From: Mobula hypostoma
Taxonomy: Eukaryota
Length of the DNA stretch: 64,000 bases
Assembly (NCBI RefSeq): GCF_963921235.1
Contig: NC_086108.1
Location: forward strand, 105,526,001-105,590,000
Direction: 5' to 3'
Positions 24,381-35,939 of the stretch are shown in pieces (position 1 is the first letter of the stretch; each line of letters starts with the position of its first letter). The position numbers were made by a program, and so were the translations under genes. A model generated the notes under the pieces. It saw only the letters and a program-made list of their open reading frames with translations, did no database searches and was not told where the DNA came from.

Positions 24381-25595
24381 AAGTAGAGGCCATTGGGCCC
24401 ATTGAGTCTATGATCGACTCCATGTACTGTAGATCAATCCATTCAGTCCCATTCCTGTGCTCCTCTCCCAGAGGCCTACAAATTTTTTCTCTGAAGTGCT
24501 ACCCAATTCCCTGTTGACAGCCCTGACCTATACCGTTTCCAATACAGCTCCAGGCAGAGACCTCCAGACCATCACCACTCTGGGTGAAAGAAAAAGCTTA
24601 TTCACACATCTTCCTGTATCTTTTCCACAATTTTAAATCTATGTTCCCAGTTCTTAAGTCATCTATTCTTGGTTCCTCTCCCTAAACTTGTCATGGGGTG
24701 CCATGGTGGGACAGCAGTTAGCGCAATGCCATTACAGATCGGGGAATTAGAGTTCAGGGTTCAATTCCGGCATTCTCTGTAACAAAGTTTGCACATTCTT
24801 CCCACGTGCGTGCGGGTTTCCTCCCGCAGTCCAAAGATGTATCAGTTAGTAGGTTAATTGGTCATTGTAAATTGCCCCATGATTAGGCTAGGGTTTAATC
24901 AGTGGGTTACTCAATGGTGTAGCTCTGTGAGCCAGAAAGGTCTGCTCCGTGCTGTATCTCCAAATATAAAAATAAAATAAATGACCTTAACCTCTAAAGC
25001 ACCTCACAAGTGTTTGCTGTGGAGAATAGTTCCTGCTTCTCCAATCTAGTAATCATGCAGATAAATCTGCATCTCCAGCAGGAGCATGGTAGTGTAAAAG
25101 TTAATGAAACACTTTACAGTGCCAGCAATCGAGGTTCAATTCCCACCACTATCTGTAACAAGTTTGTGCGTTCTCCCCATAATCACGTGCATTTCCTCCA
25201 GGTGCTCCGGTTTCCTCCCACATTCCATAAAAAGATGCATGAGTTAGGGTTATTAAGTTGGGCGCATTCTTCGTTGGTGCTGAAAGCTTGATGACACCTG
25301 AAGGCTGGCCCCACTACATCCTCGGACTGTGTTGGTCATTGGCACAAGTGATGCATTTCACTGTGTGTTTTGACGTTTTGATATGCATGTGAGAAGTAAA
25401 GCTAGTCTTTAGTCTTAAACTATTCTGGTAAGTCATTTTTGCTTGCATGAAAAGTTAACTTTCATACTGTTCGTACAGATCAAATCATTACACAGAGAAC
25501 TGAGCAAGAATAAGGTAAAAGAATAACACTGCAGGATAAAGTGTAACAGCTCCAGAGAAAGTGCAGTGAGACAAAACCATTAGCAGTATTTAAAA

Positions 25596-25801
25596 CAACA
25601 CACATCAAAGTTGCTGGTGAACGCAGCAGGCCAGGCAGCATCTGTAGGAAGAGGTGCAGTCGACGTTTCAGGCCGAGACGTCCTGACGAAGCCTGAAACG
25701 TCGACTGCACCTCTTCCTACAGATGCTGCCTGGCCTGCTGCGTTCACCAGCAACTTTGATGTGTGTTGCTTGAATTTCCAGCATCTACAGAATTCCTGTT
25801 G
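25596..25801 (+). mobile_element. Penelope-derived fold-back insertion
   Basis: Perfect 78-bp inverted arms (25596-25673 / 25691-25768). 16-bp TSD TTAGCAGTATTTAAAA at 25580-25595 and 25802-25817. Confidence 0.93.
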
Positions 25802-25817
25802 TTAGCAGTATTTAAAA

Positions 25818-27005
25818 GACCATAACACTATTTGATACGGTAGCAGAATGAGGCCATTCAGCCCATTAAAACTGCTCTGCCATTCAAACATGGCTAAGTG
25901 ATGTTCTCTTTTAGCCCATTTTCTTGCCTTGCCCCCATAACATTTGATGCCTTGTCTAATTGAGAACCTATCAACATCCGCTTTAAATATACCCAATGAC
26001 TTGGCCTCCACAGTAAATGTGACAATGAATTCCTGCTGGTTAAAGACATGCCTCCTCAGCCCCATTCTAAAGGGAAGTCTATGTATTCTGAGGCTGTGCT
26101 CTCTGGTCCTAGACTCCCCAACTATAGGAGGCATCCTCTCCACATCCACTCTATCTATGCCTTTCAATATTCAGTTCGTAGAAGGTACACGGACCAGAAA
26201 GACTGAGAGGGATTTGGACCAAAAGAGAACAAATGGGAATAACTTAGATGGGAAGCTTGATCAGCATGGACCAGCTGAGCTGAAGGGCCTGTTACCAAGC
26301 CGTGTCATTCTGTCACTCTGAGACACCCTAAGACCATCACACTCAACATGGCAGACCTGCAGCAACGCAATGGTCAAGGATGCTCCAGAAGATTAGCTTT
26401 ATTTGTCAGCTGCACATTAAAACATACAGTGAAGTGTGTCATTTGCATCAAATCAAATCAGTAAGGATTGTGTTGGGCAGTTTGCAAGTGTCCATAAGAC
26501 CATAAGATAAAAGAGCTCAATTAGGCCACTTGACCCATTAGGTCTGCTCCATTATTTCATCATAGTTGGTCCATTTTTCCTCTCAGCCCCAATCTCCTGC
26601 CTTCTCCCTGTATCCTTTCATGCCCTGACTGATCAAGAATCTATCAACTTTTGTCTTAAATATACCCAATGGCTTGGCCTCTCCAGCCACCTGCGGCAAT
26701 GAATTCCACAGATTCACCACTCTCTGGCTAAAGAAATTCCTCCTCACCTCCATTATGAATGGACGTCCCTTTATTCTGAGGCTGTGTCTTCTGATCTTAG
26801 ACTCCCCCTCTATAGGAAACATCCTTTCCAAATCTACTCTACAGAGGCCTTTCAACATTTGATAGATTTCTATGATATGCCCCTTCATTCTTCTGAATTC
26901 CAGTGAGTACAGGCCCAGATGCTCCTCATATGATAAGCCTTTCAATCCCAGGATCATTTTTGTGAACCTCCTTTGAACCCTCTCCCACGTCAGCACATCA
27001 TTTTT
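25818..27005 (-). mobile_element. Two CR1 3' fragments (25818-26170 and 26492-27005)
   Basis: ORFs 25802-26167 and 26583-26996 match the CR1 ORF2 C-terminus. Confidence 0.85.
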
Positions 27006-28044
27006 GTACGATCACTCCTCAGTTACCTTATGCTCTAGGGAGTAAAGATCTAACCAGCCAACCTCTCCCTATAAGCCATTTCTTGTATCCTGGCAATATT
27101 TTTATACACTGTCCCTGCATGTGACAGACTGAGATACGAAGATGCTTTCTCATACAGCTGTTTCATTTTGAAATGAACTGTCTGAGCTTCCACAGAGACG
27201 TTCAGTAAAGAGGAAAAGAAAAATGCAGGCTTATGGAAAAAATGCAGTGGAATGGGACTCTTAAGACGAGCTATCCTGTTTCAAAAAGCTGACTGGCTGT
27301 GTGATCCTCTAACATCCTCTGGCACCTTCCGAGTTAAGGCCTTTCTGAGTCGCAAGTTCCTTTTTGCTTCATTTCTGATTTTAATAAAACAAAATATTCT
27401 CAACTCTTTCATTTTGCTCAATGAGTTTATTCCCCGCAAATGAAGCAGAACGTGTTTTCCAGTCTTTGTGATGGACCAGATTAGATGCACAGACACAGGC
27501 AAGTTTAAATCTGAAAATGATAAACAACCTCTTAGAAAATTAAATCTGAACACATCCAGTATTTCAAGGTCTATCAGCTAATGCATTTTCCATCCTGGTA
27601 ATTCTCTCTAGACTCTTGAGAAGTTTTTGATATTAGATTTGCAACCTGAATTACTCTCATGTACAGTATGTCTGTGGGTATATAAATGCCTGACTGTATT
27701 TTAAAATGCATCTGCATATTTCCCTGTGCAATCTTATGTGCTTAAATTAAATTCCTGTGTAGCTAACTGGACTGAGGAGACATACATTTCTTGTACATGT
27801 GGGACAGAAAACCCCCACATCGGTTGCGAATATTTTTGGAATGTTTGTACTCGCTAACTTATTCCAATGTGTTAATTCGTTGGCTTGTAAGCTGATAAGA
27901 AACCCATTCTACAGCGATACAACTATTTCCTTGAATAGCTGACACAGTCTGTTAGAAAATAGCTAAGGATGATCCCATGAGAGTATCCATAGTTGGGAAA
28001 ATAATGCTTGCATTTGTATCAATGCGATTTGTATTTGTATGAAA

Positions 28045-28733
28045 GAGGAGAAGATGGTGGCGCGACGGCAGCGCGCACGGCCTCTCTGGTGATGAATATC
28101 TGCTATCTGTCAAGTAGGGGACCGTGCACAATTCTGATTTGATGGAGACAGACGTGAGAGTATGGAGGAACATCTGGAAAACTTCTGAAATGCCCGCTTC
28201 GTTGCCGCTGTTACTGTGTGGTAACCGGAATCTCTGGAACAGAAGGGCTCGAAATCTTCGGCTTTGCTTGTTTCAGCAGCCGGGGTGAGGTTGAAGGTGC
28301 TTGGCAGAGGATAGCGCTCGGGAGGCTGTATCGAAGGACTGGTCGGAGGCTCGAAGTTTTCGGACGGATGGACTCAGTGTTGGCTGTAGTCGGCTGCTTC
28401 CAAGGTATCGGCAAGTTGACGGTACCTGGAGGTTTATGGCAGGGAGTTTCTCCCTTTTGCCGCCTGCTATCGGGGACTCGGGAGTCGATCGACTCGGGGA
28501 CTTCTGAGACTTTTTTTACCGTGCCCATGGTTTGTTCTTCATCAAATTATGGTATTGCTTTGCACTGCTGTAACTATATGTTATAATTATGTGGTTCTGT
28601 CAGTGTTAGTCTTTGGTTTGTCCTGTTTTCTGTGATATCACTCCGGAGAAACATTGTATCATTTCTTAATGCATGTATGCATTTCTAAATGACAATAAAA
28701 GAGGACTGAGTGTTCTCATAATGTAATCTAATC
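28045..28733 (+). mobile_element. ~690-bp non-autonomous retroelement, copy 2
   Basis: Homologous to copies 1 and 3; starts GAGGAGAAGATGG and ends with an AATCTAATC tail. Confidence 0.85.
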
Positions 28734-31700
28734 ACACATTTCATGGGTACAGGTTATCTTAAAGCGCTGTGTAATCAATGAAGAACTTGGTATTTTGTTA
28801 ATAATAATTGGTTGATTACTGTCACATGCGCCAAGGTACAGCGAAAAGTTCGTTTTTAGAGATACGTCATGGTAACAGGCCCTATCAGACCAATGGGCCC
28901 ATGCTGCCCAATTCACCCATGTGACCAATTAACCTACTAACCTATACGTCTTTGAAGTGCCGATGAAACTGGAGCATCTTCAATTCCTCCTTATCCATTT
29001 GGACCCTCGATTTCCACACTCGTAGACCCCAGTCATTTTGGATTGGCAACAACATCACCTCCACAATCTCCATCAGCACTGGTGCACAACAAGGCTGTGT
29101 GCTTAGCCCCCTGTTCTCGCTTTACACTTATGACAGTGTGGCTAAGCACAGCCCCAATGCCGTATTCAAGTTTGCTGATAACACCGCTGTTGTGGGCCTT
29201 ATCAAAGGAGGTGATAAATCAGCATACAGGAGGGAGATTGAAAATTTGGCCGAAAATCTCTCTCTCAATGTCAGCAAGACCAAAGAACTGATTGTAGACC
29301 AGGAGAGGGAAACCAGAGGTCCATGAGGCAGTTCTAATTGGAGGATCAGAGCTGGAGAGGGTTAGCAGTTTTAAATTCCTGGGGGCTACTCTTTCAGAGG
29401 ACCTATTCTGGACCCAGCATGTAAATGTAATTGTGAAGAAAGCACAGCAGTGCCTCTACTTTCTTAGGAGACAGCAGAGATTTGGCATGACATGTAAAAC
29501 TTTGAAAAATTCTATAGATGTGTAGAGGAGAATGCATTGACTAGCTGTATCATGGCCTGGTATGGAAACACCAAAACCTTTCAATGTAAAATCCTACAAA
29601 AACTAGTGGATTCGGCCCAGTATATCACAGGTAATGGCCTACCAACCATTGAGCACATCTAATTGAAACGCTGTCTTAGTGTAACCGGGTGACCGTCGAA
29701 TCGTATTCATTATCGTTAAAAGTGTACTTAGGCACCCATCCGGGTAATGCTAGAATAGTTGTCTGTGCCTTTCAGTGGAGACGGTGATGTCATTGCAGAC
29801 GCGCGGGATAATGGGGAGACTATTTTTGTTTTTGGCAGAAGAAGCTGGTGGGGCTTTGGGATTAAGTTCCTCCCAGAGATACTGGGAGGAACGGTGAGTA
29901 TTAATTGACAATATCCATGTGAATTTGTTTATGCTTGTTGGTGAATCGAGAATATCGGTAATTTGACATGTTTTACACGTGGATGCTTTAGATTTTCACA
30001 ATTGAAGGCATCGGCGCTGGACAACGCGTCTTGTGCAAAGTTCCTTTCCGGCCAAGTAGGTGAGTCTTCCTGCAATTTAACTACCAGGCAATATCTTGTA
30101 AAAGCTGTGCCAAAGTGTACCTTTTGTCTAACTTTATTGTATCATGACTGATTGTGAATGTAACAGCGTAACGTGAATGTTTAGTCTCTGTTTGGAAGCT
30201 TAGCACGTGCGCACTAAAAAGTAGTAGATGTCTTAGATGAGATCTATTCGCTTACATTTTCACTGCTATGTATAAGGTACAGGGTTGGTGGGATTCTAAT
30301 GTTGTTTGTATTGTGTTCCTTTGGAATTGCCACTATCGTATTAGTTCTGTGCGGTTTGCTTTATGTATTTTTATACTGCATATGCAATTCGTCGATACAC
30401 AAGGGTGTGGATCGAAAGTTAAACTGAGAATGTAATGGCAAGAACTGGTTGTAAATTCATTCGTTTTGTTTTGAGACTCTCTTCCGGCACTAAAACATCT
30501 AAAATAGATAAAGGAATTAAAACCCGAAAAAGTATTTGTTGTCCTGAGTGTGTACTTCTCCCCAGGCTTGTCTGTGGCTCGTAGAAGAGCCCCTGGGAAA
30601 TACAAAGTCTGGACAGTCAATGTGTAGCAGTAGCCAGGCACAGTGCTCGATTCCTAAAGCTCGGGAATCCGAGTCTATCACACTAGATGACGTCCTTAAA
30701 GTAGTTGCAGAGTAAAGCAAAGCCCTTTGTGAATTGACTCAAGCAGTGAAAGATGTCACTGTACAGAGGGATTTTACACGTGCTACTAGCAGTAGACGTA
30801 AATTACAGCCTAGGTTCACAGAAGGTGGGCAACCAATATGTTTCAGGTGTCAGGTGGGAGGGCATTTGGCCAAGAATTGCCCACAGAAACAGGGTGCAAG
30901 GGAAGTGGAGCCTGCATCCTCGTGCCCTCAAGAGGTTGGGAGTCGGGCAATTCAGCAGAACCTCATAGATACAGATAATGTACAGCTATCCCATAACCAG
31001 TTGCTGCAATGCGCCATAGGAACGTGTCCTGTTGTTGAGCTTGAAATATTAGGTGTCGCTGTCCATTGTCTGTTGGACACAGGTAGTCAGCTAAGCACCC
31101 TGACCGAGCAGTTCTTTCAAGAACACTTGATTGGAGAGGATGAGGATATGTTGTCCACTGCTGGCTGGCTTAGGCTAACAGCTGCAAATGGTCTTGATAT
31201 TCCTTACCTTGAGTATCTAGAGCCCGAGGTTCAAGCAATGGGCATGAAGATACCAAATTGTGGTTTTCTAGTAGTCAGGGATCCTGTGAGCACTGAACCA
31301 CCTATCCCATGTATTGTAGGCATGAACATTATCAGCCAGTGTAGGCAACTTGTCTACGCAGAGCTTGACACAACCCTAGAAGGGAAGTTGGATTCTGATT
31401 AGAGAGATATTTTCCAGAAAGTGCAGGTGCACACTACCAAAAAGAAAGCAGTAGTCCGGGTATTGGGAAAAGATACTGAGCACATACCTGCTGGATCTGT
31501 AGGCACCATTGCGGCTAGTAAGGCCACTGGCGATGCTAGTAGTGACCATAAAATGTTACTTGAGCCATTTAACACCCCTTTACTGGGAGGTATCATAGTC
31601 ATTCCTACGCTCATTGACTCTGGTAATGGTATAGTGCCAGTACAGATTTTAAATTTCTCTCGAGAGGATGTACGGCTCACACCTAGGACCCGGCTGGGAT

Positions 31701-33528
31701 CCTGTCAAAGGTGGAGTGCGTGGATAGTGATCCACAATGTGCAGTAAGATTTCAGTGGATCTCAGCCGGCATTGATCACGTGAGTGGGCGTAAGGGAGAA
31801 GTGTAGTAATCACAAGTGAAAGTCAATTCTAGACAAGCTGGACATTGGGGGTGGTGAAGGACAACAAGCTCAGCGAAGAGCTTTACTGGTTAAGTACCTG
31901 GATATCTTTGCAGTTGAAGAGGAAGACCTTGGGTACACTGACAAGGTCAAACATGAAATTCGGTTAATTGATGACGAGCCTGTTTCACGGCCATACCGTC
32001 GCGTTCCGCCGAACCAGTACAATGAAGTGAAAGAGCACATCTCAAAGTTACTGAGGAAGGGCGTGATTCAGGAGAGCAATAGTGCGTATGCCTCGCCTGT
32101 GGTGTTGGTCCGGAAGGCGGATGGTAGCATAAGACTGTGTGTAGATTATCGGAGACTGAATCTTAAGACCAGAAAGGACGCGTTCCCGCTCCCGCGTATT
32201 GATGAGAGTTTTGATACTCTGCGGGGAGTTCAATTTTTCTCGACAACAGACCTTGCGAGTGGTTACCACCAAATGGCGGCAGAGGAGCGTGGTAGACATA
32301 AGACTGCTTTTTCGACCCCGTTTGGTCTGTATGAATATCTTCGCATGCCGTTTGTGGTCTGCAATGGACCGGCGACTTTTCAAAGGCTCATGCAGGCAAC
32401 CATGAATGACTTAGTCTTCCAAATCATGCTTGTGTACTTGGATGATATTCTGGTGTATTCACAGACTTTTCCGGAACACTCGGAGAGGCTCGACACTGTG
32501 TTTAAGCACCTCCGGGAGACTGGTCTGAGAAGTGTCATTTTCTGCAGTCAGAAGTCAAGTTCTTACGACACCAGATATCAGCCAAGGGGAGAGGCACCGA
32601 TCCTGAGGAGGTCTCAGCTGTTCAGCGGTGGCCGGTACCATCTACAGTTAAGGACTTAAAATCGTTTCTTGGCTTTTGCAGTTATTATCGACAGTTCATT
32701 CAGGGATTCTCAAAGATTGCAGGTCCACTGCATGATGTAGTGAACTTCAGTACTAATGTAGGGAGTCCGAGTAAAACAGACCGGCTGTAACAACAGTCTT
32801 GGACGGAAGAATGTCAAACTGCCTTTGACTTGCTCAAAGAGAAACTGACCAGTTCCCTCATCCTTGGCTTTGCCGATTTCTCCCAGCCCTTTATAGTGGA
32901 GACCGATGCCAGCAATCATGGGCTAGGAGCTGTGTTATATCAACAGCAGGGAGAGGCAAAGAGGGTTATTGCATATGCAAGCCAATGGTTAAGGAATGCC
33001 AAGAAGAATGATAGGAATTATAGCAGTATGAAATTGGAGCTGCTTGCATTTAAGTGGGCTGTAGTAGAGAAATTTCGTGGATACTTGTTGGGTTCCAAAT
33101 TCACTGTAATCACTGACAATAACCCTCTATCCCACTTGAAAACTGCCAAGCTGGGAGCAGTGGAGCAGAGATAGATCTCACAGCTGTCAGTGTTTGACTT
33201 CGACGTCCGGTATCGTCCGGGTCGGAGCAATACCGTGGCTGATGCACTCCCTAGGCAGCCGTTTGCAGGGGAGCCTGAGCCTGTCTCAGAGGATGTGGAG
33301 TTTGATGGGGCTGTGGCGATCTGTAGTTTGATCAATCACGGCACTGCCCTTGACCCAGCACTGGTTACCGCTGGTCTTAACAGCTGTAGGGTTAAGCAAA
33401 TTCGAGCCTGGGAAGCTGGTACTAGTGATGTAAATGCAAGGGAACACTCCAACCCTCCCAGGTTATTCTAATAGGGACTTGCATACTTTTCAGCAGCAAG
33501 GCCCTGTGTTAGGTGTTCTGAGAGACTT

Positions 33529-33863
33529 AGTCATAGTCATAGTCATAATCATACTTTATTGATCCCGGGGGAAATTGGTTTTTGTTACAGTTGCACCATA
33601 AATAATAAATAGTAATAGAACCATAAATAGTTAAATAGTAATTTGTAAATTATGCCAGTAAATTATGAAATAAGTCCAGGACCAGCCTATTGGCTCAGGG
33701 TGTCTGACCCTCCAAGGGAGGAGTTGTAAAGTTTGAGGGCCACAGGCAGGAATGACTTCCTATGACGCTCTGTGCTGCAACTCGGAGGAATGAGTCTCTG
33801 GCTGAACGTACTCCTGTGCCCACCCAGTACATTATGTAGTGGATGGGAGACATTGTCCAAGAT
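33529..33863 (-). mobile_element. Rex1/Babar 3' end inserted in Gypsy pol
   Basis: Reverse strand gives ILDNVSHPLHNVL..STERHRKSFLPVALKLYN; (ATGACT)n tail. Confidence 0.85.
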
Positions 33864-34273
33864 CAGAAAAGGAAGCTGAGTGGCCAGGAGCGTAAAACTC
33901 TGCCTAAACCTGTTTTGTCTCTGTTAAAGCACTGGGACAGTATCAGGGAGTGTAAAGGGTTACTGTATAGGGTAGTTGAGGATGAGAAGCTTGGGAAGTG
34001 TTACCAGCTTCTGGTACCTATCAGCTTGAGGAGTAAAGTGCTAGAGGATGTACACGGCTCTATGGGCCATCAAGGCATAGAACGTACACTGCAGTTGTTG
34101 AGAAACTGATACTTTGGGGTGGGCATACACGAGGATGTGGCACGGTGGATCAAAAATCGTCCACATTGTGTGCTAACTAAGATGCCACAACCTAGGATCT
34201 GTCGCCCCATGAACTCATTTCTGGCTTCTAGGCCGCTTGAAGTTGTAGCGGTAGATTTCACTGCGTTGGAACC

Positions 34274-35939
34274 GGGAGAAGATGCCGGCGCGATGACAGC
34301 ATGTGCGGCCTCTCCGGTGATGAATATCTGTTATCTGTCAAGTAGGGGACCATGCACAATCCTGATTTGATGGGAAACAGACGTGAGTGCATAGCAGAAC
34401 ATCTGGAAAACTTCTGAAATGTCTGCTTTGCTACCGCTGCTACTGTGTGGTAACCGGAAGCTCTGGAGCTGAAGGCCTCAAAATCCTCGGCTTTGTGTGT
34501 TTCAGTGGCCGGGGAGAGGTCGAAGGTGCTCGGCAGAGGATGGCGCTTGGGAGGCTGTATCGGAGAGGCTGCTCGGAAGCTCGGAGTTTTCGGATGGATG
34601 TACTCAGGGTCGGCTGTGGTCAGCTGCTTCCAAGGTATCGGCAAGTTGACGGTGCCTGGAGATTTATGGCAGGGAGTTTCTCCCTTTTGCTGCCACTATC
34701 GGGGACTCGGGAGTCGATCGACTCGGGGACCTTGAGACTATATTTTTTTACTGTGCTTATGGACTGTTCTTCATCAAATTATGGTATTGCTTTGCACTGC
34801 TGTAACTATATGGTATAATTATGTGGTTTTGTCAGTGTTAGTCTTTGGTCTGTCTTGTTTTCTGTGATATCACGACGGAGAAACATTGTATCATTTCTTA
34901 ATGCATGTATGCATTTCTACAATATATATTAATGACTTGGATGAGGGAATTAAATGCAGCATCTCCAAGTTTGCGGATGACACGAAGCTGGGTGGCAGTG
35001 TTAGCAGTGAGGAGGATGCTAAGAGGATGCAGGGTGACTTGGATAGGTTGGGTGAGTGGGCAAACTCATGGCAGATGCAATTTAATGTGGATAAATGTGA
35101 AGTTATCCACTTTGGTGGCAAAAATAGGAAAACAGATTATTATCTGAATGGTGGCCGATTAGGAAAAGGGGAGGTGCAACGAGACCTGGGTGTCATTATA
35201 CACCAGTCATTGAAAGTGGGCATGCAGGTACAGCAGGCGGTGAAAAAGGCGAACGGTATGCTGGCATTTATAGCGAGAGGATTCGAGTACAGGAGCAGGG
35301 AGGTACTACTGCAGTTGTACAAGGCCTTGGTGAGACCACACCTGGAGTATTGTGTGCAGTTTTGGTCCCCTAATCTGAGGAAAGACATCTTTGCCATAGA
35401 GGGAGTACAAAGAAGGTTCACCAGATTGATTCCTGGGATGGCAGGTCTTTCATATGAAGAAAGACTGGATGAACTGGGCTTGTACTCGTTGGAATTTAGA
35501 AGATTGAGGGGGGATCTGATTGAAACGTATAAGATCCTAAAGGGATTGGACAGGCTAGATGCAGGAAGATTGTTCCCGATGTTGGGGAGGTCTAGAACGA
35601 GGGGTCACAGTTTGAGGATAGAGGGGAAGCCTTTTAGGACCGAGGTTAGGAAAAACTTCTTCACACAGAGAGTGGTGAATCTGTGGAATTCTCTGCCACA
35701 GCAAACTGTTGAGGCCAGTTCATTAGCTATGTTTAAAAGGAAGTTAGATATGGCCCTTGTGGCTACAGGGGTCAGGGGGTATGGAGGGAAGGCTGGGTTC
35801 TGAGTTGGATGATCAGCCATGATCATAATAAATGGCGGTGCAGGCTCGAAGGGCCGAATGGCCTACTCCTGCACCTATTTTCTATGTTTCTATGTTTCTA
35901 AATGACAATAAAAGAGAACTGAGTGTTCTCATAATCTAA
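34274..35939 (+). mobile_element. ~690-bp element, copy 3, inserted in the Gypsy integrase and itself split by a young CR1
   Basis: Integrase reads DFTALEP before and DGRENVLVVTDVFTKF after. The element's tail resumes at 35901. Confidence 0.88.
34920..35900 (+). mobile_element. Young CR1, 5'-truncated at the RT (open to stop at 35803)
   Basis: TIYINDLDEGIKCSISKFADDTK...; TTTCTA at both junctions (34914-34919 and 35895-35900). Confidence 0.95.

Noticed and set aside
24698..24790. tRNA gene
   Set aside because: A- and B-box-like head of a SINE followed by the V-domain body; no full cloverleaf.
25596..25801. Hairpin as a MITE or pre-miRNA gene
   Set aside because: The arms are Penelope terminal sequence, the structure is asymmetric, and the long TSD indicates retrotransposition.
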